Part shown: positions 28,201 through 37,291 of the stretch, one piece after another | Position numbering within the stretch: the first letter of the stretch is position 1 | Layout of the letters: each line of letters begins with the position of its first letter | Assembly: GCA_041743505.1 (NCBI GenBank) | Contig: JBGTMQ010000004.1 | Location: 3,602-67,601 of the forward strand | DNA length: 64,000 bases | From: Candidatus Saccharimonadia bacterium | Lineage (GTDB): Bacteria > Patescibacteriota > Saccharimonadia > UBA4664 | Direction: 5' to 3' | Translations under genes and position numbers: made by a program | Notes under the pieces: model-generated | Seen by the model: the letters and a program-made list of their open reading frames with translations, nothing else | The model's database searches: none | Told to the model about the DNA's origin: nothing

Positions 28201-28338
28201 AGTCTCGGCTTCCCAAGGCGCCACCGGCAGCGTCGGCCGCTCAGTTGCCGCCACGTCAGGCTTTGCAGCCGTATTGCCTCTCACTCGGCGACCGTTCTGA
28301 GTGGTCTCAGTGGCAGCCTGATCAGTTACGGTAGTCAT
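25279..28338 (-). CDS. nrdJ: ribonucleoside-triphosphate/diphosphate reductase, class II (adenosylcobalamin-dependent)
   Basis: About 1019 aa from Met MTTVTDQ (GGAAGGGAAGGAAG Shine-Dalgarno upstream). RNR catalytic core. C-terminal Cys cluster CMTCGTK...CYVCEGCGSTSGC. Confidence 0.9.
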   Translation of the reverse strand: MTTVTDQAATETTQNGRRVRGNTAAKPDVAATERPTLPVAPWEAETDGPFQGHNPVRGSGLTFERRFTTVGTHPYDEVEWTSRDVQMINWRDGTVNFEQSGVEFPTSWSINAVNIVTTKYFRGQRGTPKREHSLKQLIDRVVGQYVKTGKRFSYFATNEDALVFEHELTYMLLHQVFSFNSPVWFNVGWEGRAQQVSACFILSVDDTMDSILNWYREEGLIFKGGSGAGLNLSRIRSSRELLSAGGTPSGPVSFMRGADSSAATISSGGATRRAAKMVLLDVDHPDVGDFIETKAHEEKKIKALRDAGFDMDLSGSDSFSVQYQNANNSVRVSDEFMQAVEDGGMHLLRARITDQTWEVDARELFDKMARAAWECADPGVQYDGTINRWHTCPDTGRITASNPCAEYHHLDNSSCNLASFNLMKFRKADGSFDAETFVHGVELAITAMDISICFADFPTPAIADTTHKYRQLGLGYANIGAFLMSTGRGYDSEGGRSAAALITSLMQAVSARQSARLASVVGPYQGYERNAEHHRRVMRQHREANEAIVPMGADDRDLFARAYKAWDEAIELGERDGWRNSQFSVLAPTGTIGFMMDCDTTGIEPDFSLVKFKKLVGGSSMQIVNQAVHLALEYLGYAPDSVKAIKEYVQEKGHVMGAPGLLAEHYEVFDCAVGERAISPMGHVRMMAATQPFISGAISKTVNMPESATVEEVREIYFQSWKLGVKALAIYRDNCKVGQPLSDAKASVADSDDVKALKARVAELESEIANHRPDRRRLPSRRAGETISFSIAGAEGYATVGEYLDDELSEYLGRPVGNGEPGEVFIKMSKQGSTLAGLMDAFSVAISIGLQYGVPLETFVAKFINMNFAPAGITKDPDVRLPVSVMDYLFRRLAIDYLPFAIRADLGIFTATERTQEIDKQYATDPRRITAQYGMPKRRGAAELLAGRRNGQVESPADRLETEAPQGVVTVIPEQVPAGEVFTARMPVDAPLCMTCGTKMRPAGSCYVCEGCGSTSGCS

Positions 28339-28611
28339 GTCACTTCCTTCCCTTCCTGCCCTTTTTCGGCAGACTAGGTATTTCCAGTGTGCCGGGGCAG
28401 CCAAGGTTTGGTTGATTGGCTAACGATCCCACGGACAGCTGGGGCACCTGCACCCTCCACAGGTTCCCCAATTGCCCGCACGATTCTCTTCAGCCATCAT
28501 GCATGCCTATATTTCCTAACTCTAACTTTTCAATGTCCCTATCCTAACCCGTTGGGGCTAGTTTGGAGGCGTCAACAAAAGAATCCCCCAAATCAGCCAC
28601 AAATTTTCCGG

Positions 28612-29070
28612 CTAGCTCGTGCGCGACTTAAGCCGCCGCAGTTCGGCCTCAAAGCTGGCTACGTCAGTAAAACTCCGGTATACGCTGGCAAACCGCACAT
28701 AAGCCACGTCATCGAGCTGCTCAAGACCGGCCATCACCAGCTCACCAATCCGGTCGCTCGACATCTCGCTCTCGCCGCTGGATCGTACCTGCCGTTCGAT
28801 CCGCACAATCAACTCCTCGATTTCAGCAATCGCAATCGGCCGCTTCTCCACTGCCCGGTAAATGCCCGCCGCTACCTTGTCACGGCTAAACAACTCCCGC
28901 CGGCCGTCCTTTTTGACCACAGCCATCGTCGGCATTTCCATCCGCTCATAAGTCGTAAACCGGGCCGAGCAACCCAGACACTGCCGCCGGCGCCGAATAG
29001 TCGATGAATCGTCCAAATCTCGCGACTCAATGACCTTAGAGTCAAGGTAACCGCAATCGTGGCACCTCAT
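28612..29070 (-). CDS. nrdR: transcriptional repressor NrdR
   Basis: 152 aa. MRCHDCGYLDSKVIESR zinc ribbon plus ATP-cone. Confidence 0.9.
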   Translation of the reverse strand: MRCHDCGYLDSKVIESRDLDDSSTIRRRRQCLGCSARFTTYERMEMPTMAVVKKDGRRELFSRDKVAAGIYRAVEKRPIAIAEIEELIVRIERQVRSSGESEMSSDRIGELVMAGLEQLDDVAYVRFASVYRSFTDVASFEAELRRLKSRTS

Positions 29071-29261
29071 ACTTCACATCCTCCCTCACCCACTCATACC
29101 CCCACATGTGGTGTACGTACCATTAAGCATAGCACCACCATAAGCACCTTCGTCAAATAGCGCTTTTGAACTTTAATAAAGCCAAAACACCATTTACTCA
29201 TAATCACTTTTCCACAGGTAAACCACTCATCTAGCGTAACCGGTGCAGAAGCCCACGCTAT

Positions 29262-29307
29262 TTGCAAGCGGATTACCGGTATTCCGGATTCTCAAAATCA
29301 AACCGGG
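29262..29307. repeat. 46-bp perfect direct repeat, copy 1
   Basis: ttgcaagcggattaccggtattccggattctcaaaatcaaaccggg, identical to 30215-30260. Confidence 0.85.
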
Positions 29308-29417
29308 TTGAGCAAAGCCTAAACTCCGCTCAACCCGTCACTTTGCCCAAAATATCAGCGTAAGTCGCTCTTGGCTCCTCGGAGGAATTTCAGATGATTA
29401 CTTATTAAGAAAAAATA

Positions 29418-29735
29418 TTAGCTATTGTGTAGATACTTACGCTCGAGTGATTCAAGTAATTCATATACTCGCTTCCAGGCAGTTTGTCGCATTGTATCAT
29501 TGCCAATTTCTGTAATACCATTTGGAACCTCCAGACTTGCTACAAGATCAAAGAGTTCATCGAACATAGGTTCGTTTTTTTGATACCAATCGTCATGAAA
29601 ATGATCATTACTGGCCAAATTAACCATGCATCCAGCAATCTCCATGTCATTTTTTCGCCCAAAGTCCATCAAGCACTCTTTCCAATAGCCAAGAGCATCT
29701 TCAATAGATGTGAGATCAACTACAGATTTTGCCAT
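29418..29735 (-). CDS. hypothetical small acidic protein within the repeat-flanked insert
   Basis: 105 aa in an AT-rich segment. Confidence 0.45.
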   Translation of the reverse strand: MAKSVVDLTSIEDALGYWKECLMDFGRKNDMEIAGCMVNLASNDHFHDDWYQKNEPMFDELFDLVASLEVPNGITEIGNDTMRQTAWKRVYELLESLERKYLHNS

Positions 29736-29811
29736 GGTTGCCTCCTTACGGCGAGTAAATTGGCGCCCCTGATCGATTATATACCGACCAGGGGCGAATT
29801 GCTGAACTTAC

Positions 29812-30153
29812 TTACCTCTTGTCCTTGTGAGAACCGTTGTAAATTTCTTCCCCCATGTCGTCAATGACGATATGTTGGCCGCCCGATCCATCACGATCAA
29901 GAATCAGAAACTCTGTGGTCGGGGCTTGACGGTCATGACTAAAGCCACCCTTTACCTGGGTGGTAAGATCTTCCGTACGATCTTGTACCGCCCACGAATT
30001 GCCGGAAGTGCCACCAGAACTAGCCGGTCCAGAACTTGTTGCCGGACTAGCCGGTTCGGGGTGCCCACGAAAGCCTCCGACAGGCGCGCGCCAGCTCTCG
30101 TCAGACTTACGGTAGTGGTCGTCATCTCCGGGCTTCTTGCGATACTGGCCCAT
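29812..30153 (-). CDS. hypothetical hydrophilic protein within the repeat-flanked insert
   Basis: 113 aa, rich in Gly/Ser/Asp. Confidence 0.4.
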   Translation of the reverse strand: MGQYRKKPGDDDHYRKSDESWRAPVGGFRGHPEPASPATSSGPASSGGTSGNSWAVQDRTEDLTTQVKGGFSHDRQAPTTEFLILDRDGSGGQHIVIDDMGEEIYNGSHKDKR

Positions 30154-30214
30154 GATGCGCCTTCCTGTTTGTAGGTGCTTCGGACGGGTGCAATATAAAA
30201 CAAAATGGTCATTA

Positions 30215-30260
30215 TTGCAAGCGGATTACCGGTATTCCGGATTCTCAAAATCAAACCGGG
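30215..30260. repeat. 46-bp perfect direct repeat, copy 2
   Basis: Covers the last 11 codons plus 13 nt downstream of the flavodoxin-like gene (..SRFDFENPEYR*). Confidence 0.85.
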
Positions 30261-30981
30261 AGCCTTTATCCCAGGCCGTACGCTGGTTGCCATAGGCCGG
30301 GATGCCGCCGTTTTTCTTCAGCATCTGTGCTAGATGCATCAAATTCCAGGCCATAAAGGTCGTATTCCGGTTGGTAAAGTCATTCTCCGGACCACCCGAG
30401 TCCTCGTCCAAATACGACGGACCCGGCCCCACCTCTCCAATCCAACCCGCGTCAGCTTGGGGCGGAATGGTGTAGCCTATGTGCTGCAAGCTATAAAGCA
30501 CATTCATCGAACAATGCTTAATCCCGTCCTCGTTACCCGTGATAATGCAGCCACCTACCCGGCCATAGTATGCGTACTGTCCGGCTTCATTCAGTAAACC
30601 CGAGTTGCCATACAGCCGCTCAATCACCCGCTTCATTACCGAGCTGTTATCCCCCAGCCAAATCGGGCCGCTCAGCACCAAAATATCAGCCGTCATAACC
30701 TTCTTGTAAATCTCCGGCCACCCGTCCCTGTCCCAACCGTGCTCACGCATATCCGGCTGCACCCCCGTCGCGATATCATGGTCAACCGCCCGGATCAGCT
30801 CCGTCTTGACGCCATGTTTTTCCATTATGTGCCGGGATACACCCAAAAGACCCTCGGTATTGCTCACTTCCGGCGACCGCTTCAACGTACAATTAATAAA
30901 TAATGCCGACAGGTCTGAAAAATCCCACTTCGCTTCTGCTGCCATCACTTCTCCTATACTTGCCCTGTAAGTATACGCCAA
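30226..30981 (-). CDS. flavodoxin-like-fold NAD(P)H-dependent oxidoreductase (FMN reductase family)
   Basis: 251 aa. ..ILVLSGPIWLGDNSSVMKRVIERL.. fits flavodoxin-like NAD(P)H:quinone/FMN reductases. Confidence 0.5.
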   Translation of the reverse strand: MAYTYRASIGEVMAAEAKWDFSDLSALFINCTLKRSPEVSNTEGLLGVSRHIMEKHGVKTELIRAVDHDIATGVQPDMREHGWDRDGWPEIYKKVMTADILVLSGPIWLGDNSSVMKRVIERLYGNSGLLNEAGQYAYYGRVGGCIITGNEDGIKHCSMNVLYSLQHIGYTIPPQADAGWIGEVGPGPSYLDEDSGGPENDFTNRNTTFMAWNLMHLAQMLKKNGGIPAYGNQRTAWDKGSRFDFENPEYR

Positions 30982-31025
30982 AAAGCACTGGCTGATCTAA
31001 GCACGCTTAGACCAGCCACCTGCCA

Positions 31026-31778
31026 CTAAACAGGACCTGTGTTAGGAAGGATACCTAAATAATCAGCTGTTAACCGCTGCCAACTGCACCACCTGGGCCG
31101 TGCTGGGTCATCCATCAGATATTCCAGCAAACCCGCCGCCATCAGGTCACTAAACACCTCCGCAAACTTCCAGTCCTCAGCGCCACGGTCAGCCAACCTA
31201 AAATATATCCGGCGGCGTAAATCCGTTCGCGGCGATTCAGCCGGCCGCGCTAATTCCTCCAAAACCTTTGCCCGAAATTGAGCAGCGGTAGCCCCCAGTC
31301 GTCCGGCTGCTAGCCAATCCGTCAGCCGCGCGTCTACCAGCCGGCGGGTCACGACCAACTCTAACCCATTGCGAATAGCACCATAACGGCCTCCGCGGCC
31401 CCGCAATATATGGACTTCACGAATTTGCTCAGCCAGCTGGTCTACCAAAACCTCGGGCCTCAGGCCTCCCCCGCCCGGCCCGGCCCGGCGGGCCAACTCA
31501 TCCACCAGTTCATCCATGCCAAACCAGACATCCGATTGCACTACCGCCTGGCCACCCAAGCGCAGCGACCGGCCACGTTCATCCCGCAATCGGTTGGCCA
31601 GCTCAGCTTCCGGCGTACCTTTAGGCGGCCGCCGCACCGGCAGGTAACTACTCGCCAAAGGCTCCAAAGCTTCTTCAACCGCCCCGATCAATCCACCAAG
31701 ATCACCTCTTATTAGCCGTCGGTATTGGGCTGCTGCCCGGCGGGCTTGCGCTGGGGACACAATCGTGGCTTCTGGCAC
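31026..31778 (-). CDS. hypothetical Arg/Leu-rich protein
   Basis: 250-aa ORF, GC-rich. Confidence 0.4.
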   Translation of the reverse strand: MPEATIVSPAQARRAAAQYRRLIRGDLGGLIGAVEEALEPLASSYLPVRRPPKGTPEAELANRLRDERGRSLRLGGQAVVQSDVWFGMDELVDELARRAGPGGGGLRPEVLVDQLAEQIREVHILRGRGGRYGAIRNGLELVVTRRLVDARLTDWLAAGRLGATAAQFRAKVLEELARPAESPRTDLRRRIYFRLADRGAEDWKFAEVFSDLMAAGLLEYLMDDPARPRWCSWQRLTADYLGILPNTGPV

Positions 31779-31943
31779 GGCCGCCCCTTTCTAACGGGCA
31801 AGTAATAGGTACAACTCGCTAAACTCACAAGTTACCATAACTATTATCCATCCCGCTGCTACCCGTCAAGTCGTTACCAGATAACCTCACACGCACCAAA
31901 AAGCCCCGCAGAACACGGGGCTTTTTAAAAAAACCAAGAGATG

Positions 31944-33353
31944 TTACTCGACCTTACGACGGATAAACGCCGGCACGTCCAAGTCATCATCATCGGCCAC
32001 ACCAAGATCAACCAAAGGCTGGCGCGAGCGCGATACAGCCGGTGCTGGCGGCTCCTCGTAGTCCGCCATCAGCACTTCGGGCTTCTTCGGCTCAGTATGA
32101 TGGCTCCGACCGTGGCTCACTTCCGGCTCTTCATTATCATCCGGCTCAATCGAAGCTAGCGGCGCAAACCGGCGTGGGGGTGCAGTCACCTCAGGCTCCG
32201 GTTGGTAAGGCAAAACCGCTTCCGGCTCGGGTTCCGTCTGCGGCCGCTCATTAATGAGTGGCTTGCGCTGGACCGGCATTACGGCAGGAGTCGCAAACAC
32301 TGGCTCCGGCTCAACCTCCTCGGGCTCAGGTTCTGGTTCAGCCGTCACCACCGGCGCCTGATGAACCGGCGCTGTCACAATTACTTCGCGCTCACGGCTG
32401 GCATTATCAAAACCGGTCGCCACCACCGTAATCTGAATATCATCCTCCAGAGCCTCCTCCAACACCGCACCGAAGATAATATTGGCATCCGTCGCCACCG
32501 CTTCAGTAATGGTCTTAGCCGCCTCGTCTATTTCATGCATGGTCATATTCCGGCCACCAGAAATATTGAACAATACGCCCCGGGCGCCCTCAATACTCGT
32601 CTCAAGCAACGGTGAATCAATAGCCTGGCGCGCTGCTTCCACAGCCCGGTTGTCACCCTTGGCCCGGCCAATACCCATGAGCGCCGAACCGGCATTGCTC
32701 ATGATAGCCTTAACATCAGCAAAGTCCAGGTTAATAAGACCATGAATCGTGATCAGGTTCGAAATACCTTGCACACCTTGCTGCAGCACTTCGTCCACAA
32801 TACTAAACGCATCCACCAGAGAGGTTTTGCGGTCAATCATCTGCAACAAACGGTCATTGGGTATAGTAATCAGCGTATCAACGTTGTCCTTCAGATCCGC
32901 AATACCGCTCTCAGCACTACGGCGCCGGCGCTCGCCCTCAAAGGTAAATGGCTTGGTGACGATCGCCACCACCAGCGCCCCTGCCTCCCGGGCCGCCGCC
33001 GCTACGTAGGGCGCACCACCGGTACCAGTGCCGCCACCCTCGCCCAGGGTAATAAATACCATGTCAGCACCTTTAACAGCCTCATAAATTTCTTTTTCGC
33101 TTTCCTCAGCGGCCCGGCGACCAACATCCGGATCAGCTCCAGCTCCCAAGCCGCGAGTCGTCTCGCGGCCAATGTGAATCTTGTACTTTGCTCTTGAGTG
33201 CAAGAGCGCCTGGGCATCAGTGTTGATGACTACAAACTCTACACCCAGCATTTTGGCGTCAATCATGCGATTAACAGCCGAGTTACCACCGCCCCCGACG
33301 CCGATAACCTTGATCCGTGCTGATGTATCAACCTCGGGCAGTATTTCTGCCAT
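31944..33353 (-). CDS. ftsZ: cell division GTPase FtsZ
   Basis: 469 aa. [13 protein letters not shown], tubulin signature GGGTGTG, and a long Pro/Glu-rich C-terminal linker. Confidence 0.95.
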   Translation of the reverse strand: MAEILPEVDTSARIKVIGVGGGGNSAVNRMIDAKMLGVEFVVINTDAQALLHSRAKYKIHIGRETTRGLGAGADPDVGRRAAEESEKEIYEAVKGADMVFITLGEGGGTGTGGAPYVAAAAREAGALVVAIVTKPFTFEGERRRRSAESGIADLKDNVDTLITIPNDRLLQMIDRKTSLVDAFSIVDEVLQQGVQGISNLITIHGLINLDFADVKAIMSNAGSALMGIGRAKGDNRAVEAARQAIDSPLLETSIEGARGVLFNISGGRNMTMHEIDEAAKTITEAVATDANIIFGAVLEEALEDDIQITVVATGFDNASREREVIVTAPVHQAPVVTAEPEPEPEEVEPEPVFATPAVMPVQRKPLINERPQTEPEPEAVLPYQPEPEVTAPPRRFAPLASIEPDDNEEPEVSHGRSHHTEPKKPEVLMADYEEPPAPAVSRSRQPLVDLGVADDDDLDVPAFIRRKVE

Positions 33354-33619
33354 ATGATCTAACTCCTTACCACCAAAGACCCGATTAACCTTGGTTAATT
33401 GTATGCGGGTACAAAGTGCAGTCTAGCGCAGTTGTTCATGTGATGCAAATAAGTTATTCGCCTTAAAAGAGCCGAAATAACCGTACATATTTATTGTTCG
33501 AAATATCGTTTTTTGCGCTCTACGAAAATATACAGTATCTCCCAAATTAGGAGCGACAAGCCGGTTTCACAAAAAGTGCCCGAGTAAAAGTTTTCCACAG
33601 CCTGCATCACTAATGTGCT

Positions 33620-33662
33620 CCATTTCATAGAAATAGCCCTGAAGTCACACCGGCTTCAGGGC
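33620..33662 (-). terminator. intrinsic terminator
   Basis: AGCCCTGAAG ... CTTCAGGGCT, a 10-bp stem, followed by AUUUCUAUGAAAU on the minus strand. Confidence 0.6.
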
Positions 33663-33694
33663 TAAGATTTCGCGCTCATATCCACCGCCATCAC

Positions 33695-34246
33695 TCACAT
33701 ATCGAGCAGATCCTGCTTCAACATGGCCTCTGCCTCTACGCAGCAAACCCGCCAAACCGAGTGGTCAACGATCTTAAACTCAAACCCCTCATAGCGAATT
33801 GATAACCATCCATGGCTACCATTCTGTTGCCATTCGCACGGAATATGGCGGGCAACAAGCCTCAGAGCTATCACCTCCAAGTCAGAGGCCGGTGGAACCG
33901 TCAGGTCCAAATGCTCCAAGCCAAGCTTATCGCTGGCTCCCGGCCGCCGCTGCAGCAGCTTAACATATCGCAAAGTTGCACAGCCCCCAAACGGCCGCTG
34001 CTTGCGGATAGTCGAGATACTTCGGTCGTTTACCGGAGCGGTAAACACCATATCGCCAAAGCTGAAATAGGTTTGCTGAGCGTCAATCAATGTAGATTCA
34101 TCAGCCACCTTAATACCCAAGGCAGTCGGCCGGGGATCATATCTATCCACCAAGGCGGTTATGTCATCGTCACGCTCCAAAAACTTCCGCCAGCTACCCA
34201 GAGCATGCCGCGCCATCAGCCCCAAAGGAATGCAAGGTTCCGGCAT
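33695..34246 (-). CDS. YecM-like (VOC superfamily) protein
   Basis: About 183 aa from Met MPEPCIPLG. KLLQRRPGASDKLGLEHLDLTVP is paralogous to 52917..53465 and resembles the YecM motif ELPxP...YP..G.EH.E.V.P. Confidence 0.45.
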   Translation of the reverse strand: MPEPCIPLGLMARHALGSWRKFLERDDDITALVDRYDPRPTALGIKVADESTLIDAQQTYFSFGDMVFTAPVNDRSISTIRKQRPFGGCATLRYVKLLQRRPGASDKLGLEHLDLTVPPASDLEVIALRLVARHIPCEWQQNGSHGWLSIRYEGFEFKIVDHSVWRVCCVEAEAMLKQDLLDM

Positions 34247-34286
34247 AGTATACCTCCTAATTGTCGAGGATCGCTTACCGCTTTTA

Positions 34287-35522
34287 TTACGGCAAGAAAT
34301 TCTTGAATATGCCCTTAATCCGGTCAACCGTCTGACCAATACGAGCACCTGGTGCCGCACCAACCGCCGCGTGACTCATATTCTCCAGCATCAAACCAAC
34401 GGGAGCTGCAAACGCCGGGTCATTGATCCGGTCAACAATACCGGTAAAACCCTCCGGCTTGCCGATAACAGCCGGCAGCTGCAATAGTTCTTTAGCCAGT
34501 TCCTCAATGCCCGCCATCCGGGCGCCACCGCCGGTCAACACGACGCCGCCGGGCAATAGGTGATCCTTGCCAACCTTCTTGAGCTCGTTGCGAACCAGCT
34601 GGAAGATCTCCTCCAGCCGGGCACCGGCAATCTTCTGAAGCTCGCGGCGGCTGACCAGATTCTCATCACCCTCCAGCTCTTCAATCCGGATCTTTTCAGT
34701 CGGGCTAGCCTTACCGGAATGCGCCCGCACATACTTTAGCTTGATCTTCTCGGCCGTATCCACATCGGTCTTCAAACCAATAGCCAGGTCATTCGTTATA
34801 TGACCTGCTCCCACCGGCAACACGCTCGAATACAGCACATCACCTTCTTCATATATAGCAATACCAGTTGTGCCACCGCCAATATCAATAACTGCCACCC
34901 CCAGCTCCATCTGACGCTTGGTCAAAACAGCCCGTGCAGACGCTAGCGGCACCAACACCTGACCCTGAATAACAATCCCAGCCTGATAAATACTACGGTC
35001 CAGATTCTTGATAGCCGGCGTAGCTGCTGTCACAATGTGCGACTCCACCTCCAGCCGGACGCCGTTCATACCCACCGGATCTTTAATATTGGTCTGAGAA
35101 TCTACTGCATACGACCGCGGAAACACTTGTAAAATCTCGCGGTTCGGAGGCAGCTGTATAGCTATAGCCGCCTCCTCAACCCGGTGCAAGTCCTCCACCA
35201 TAATCTCCTGGTCAGCCCGGCCCACCGCAATCACGCCCTTAGAGTTCAGGCTTTGCACGTGCGCGCCGTCAATGGAGATAGTCGCCCGGTCGATGGCTAC
35301 GCCAGAAATACGCTCAGCCTCGTCCACAGCCGCCGTTATACTGGAGACTGTCTCCTCCACATCAACCACCACGCCCTTGCGCATACCGCTGGTCGGCGCC
35401 ACCCCCACACCGATAACACTCGGCAAAGCAGCACCTTCTTCATGAAGGCCAACAATACAGCAAACCTTTGTGGTGCCGATGTCCAAGCCGATATAAATTT
35501 CTTCTGCGGGTTTTGCAGCCAC
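34287..35522 (-). CDS. ftsA: cell division protein FtsA
   Basis: 411 aa with a GTG start. Actin-like ATPase motifs LDIGTTKV and DIGGGTT. A TTGCGC-N18-TATAAT promoter lies upstream. Confidence 0.9.
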   Translation of the reverse strand: MAAKPAEEIYIGLDIGTTKVCCIVGLHEEGAALPSVIGVGVAPTSGMRKGVVVDVEETVSSITAAVDEAERISGVAIDRATISIDGAHVQSLNSKGVIAVGRADQEIMVEDLHRVEEAAIAIQLPPNREILQVFPRSYAVDSQTNIKDPVGMNGVRLEVESHIVTAATPAIKNLDRSIYQAGIVIQGQVLVPLASARAVLTKRQMELGVAVIDIGGGTTGIAIYEEGDVLYSSVLPVGAGHITNDLAIGLKTDVDTAEKIKLKYVRAHSGKASPTEKIRIEELEGDENLVSRRELQKIAGARLEEIFQLVRNELKKVGKDHLLPGGVVLTGGGARMAGIEELAKELLQLPAVIGKPEGFTGIVDRINDPAFAAPVGLMLENMSHAAVGAAPGARIGQTVDRIKGIFKNFLP

Positions 35523-35658
35523 GGTAGCTACCTGTGTTCCTTGTACTAAGATCGTATTATAGTTCTTATGTCACCGTTAGCGCAAACGGTGTATACAGTC
35601 AGTATACATCCATTTTACCCGAATCTAAATACTACTCGGGTTGAACAAATAATGTGTT

Positions 35659-36405
35659 CTATGCGGTCAGAATCTCCGCCCCGTTTGCTGTCACCAGGAC
35701 AGTGTGCTCAAATTGAGCTGCCAAACTACCATCCCGGGTCACAATAGTCCAACCATCGTTCTCAATAATAATTTCATGCCCCCCCAGTGAGGCCATCGGC
35801 TCAATAGCCAGCGTCATGCCGGCCTTTAACCGCATGCCGGTCCCGGCGCGGCCAACATTCAAGACAGAGGGGTCCTCATGCACCCGATGACCCACACCAT
35901 GCCCGCTAATGTCCTCAAAAATGCCCAGTCGGTCTTGGCGCAGCCGCTGCTCAATCGCATGCGAAATGTCACCCACCCGGGCGCCGTCACGAACGTGCTT
36001 AATCCCGGCAGCCAGTGCCTTACGCGTAGCGCTCAGCAACCGCTCAACCTCCGGATCTATCACACCCACTCCCACCGTAACCGCACCGTCAGTAATCATA
36101 CCCTCATAATTAACCCCAAAATCAAGACCTATAATGTCGCCCTCAGCTAGTAACCGAGGGCCAGGAATGCCATGCACCACCTCTTCGTTAACCGCCACGC
36201 ACAGCACGGCCGGAAAACCCTGATATCCCAAAAATGCCGGCTCTCCACCCAGCTTTGCCAACTCATCCGCCGCCAACTGATCAAGCTCCGCCGTCGTAAT
36301 ACCCGCCTCCACATGCGGCGTCAGGTACCGCAGCACCTCAGCCAGCATATGTCCGCTAGTCCGGATACGGCTAATTTCAGCCTCATTTTTCACCTGATTC
36401 ATCAT
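35659..36405 (-). CDS. map: type I methionine aminopeptidase
   Basis: 248 aa with pita-bread fold motifs. Confidence 0.9.
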   Translation of the reverse strand: MMNQVKNEAEISRIRTSGHMLAEVLRYLTPHVEAGITTAELDQLAADELAKLGGEPAFLGYQGFPAVLCVAVNEEVVHGIPGPRLLAEGDIIGLDFGVNYEGMITDGAVTVGVGVIDPEVERLLSATRKALAAGIKHVRDGARVGDISHAIEQRLRQDRLGIFEDISGHGVGHRVHEDPSVLNVGRAGTGMRLKAGMTLAIEPMASLGGHEIIIENDGWTIVTRDGSLAAQFEHTVLVTANGAEILTA

Positions 36406-36932
36406 GCCAATGACTCTCTCACCAATGCTTCAACCTCATCCATATTGCCGCGGCCATCCACCTTAGCCAACTGCGCTCGAGTCTCATAATATTCGGCTAC
36501 CGCTAGCATTATGGACTCATATTCACGCCACTTCTTTCTCTGCGCCAGAATATTATCATCACTCCGGCCACGCAACCTCAATCGGTGCTCACTCGTTGCC
36601 TCATCAATATCAATCTGAATCACCCGTATCAGCTGGCGCGACTGCCGCTCGAGGAATTGTTCCAGCCACTCAGCCTGGTCGGTAGTCCGCGGGAAGCCGT
36701 CCAGTACAATCCCCTGTTCCAAAGGCACTTCTGACACCGCTGCCGCTAGAATACGCTGCACCTCAGCCGACGGCGACAGTCGCCCGTCACCAAGCTGCTT
36801 AGCTACCACAGGATCCCGCCTCAATAACTGGCCCGTAGACAAGTGCACCCAGCCGCGACCGGCCGCCAATCGCTCAGCCTGCGCCGATTTGCCGGCACCG
36901 GTTGGTCCTAGAAATACCACTACCCCTGCCAT
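36402..36932 (-). CDS. adk: adenylate kinase (short form without lid zinc motif)
   Basis: 176 aa. GPTGAGKS P-loop. Confidence 0.8.
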   Translation of the reverse strand: MAGVVVFLGPTGAGKSAQAERLAAGRGWVHLSTGQLLRRDPVVAKQLGDGRLSPSAEVQRILAAAVSEVPLEQGIVLDGFPRTTDQAEWLEQFLERQSRQLIRVIQIDIDEATSEHRLRLRGRSDDNILAQRKKWREYESIMLAVAEYYETRAQLAKVDGRGNMDEVEALVRESLA

Positions 36933-37291
36933 AACTGCACCACATGAGGCATAAATATGACCACCCCCAGCATTAATGCAGCAATCGCCGACACCAGCAC
37001 TGCCCCCGCCGCCATATCCTTGATGACCATAATGCGATGGTTATGCTCGGTGTCGATCAAATCAAGCGTCTTCTCAATCGCCGTATTAAAGATTTCCGCT
37101 AAGAACACAATAATTACGGCGAAAAATATCGCAGCCAATTCAGCATTACTCACCCGTAAGTAAATCCCTAACAGGAATGCCAGCACAGCGAACAATAAAT
37201 GTGCTCGGGCATTTCGTTCATATCGAAGAACATGAATGATCCCTTGCCATGCGTAATAAAAACCCTTCAGGAACCGCTTTATTCCTTCCAT
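36920..37291 (-). CDS. dgkA: diacylglycerol/undecaprenol kinase
   Basis: 123 aa, 3 TM. ..ELAAIFFAVIIVFLAEIFNTAIE.. Confidence 0.8.
   Translation of the reverse strand: MEGIKRFLKGFYYAWQGIIHVLRYERNARAHLLFAVLAFLLGIYLRVSNAELAAIFFAVIIVFLAEIFNTAIEKTLDLIDTEHNHRIMVIKDMAAGAVLVSAIAALMLGVVIFMPHVVQLWQG

Noticed and set aside
25279-28404. Intein or N-terminal ATP-cone in nrdJ (ORF is 1041 aa)
   Set aside because: The extra length comes from choosing the first in-frame Met. A Met with a strong Shine-Dalgarno at 28338 gives about 1019 aa. I saw no intein splice motifs or homing endonuclease block, and no ATP-cone sequence.
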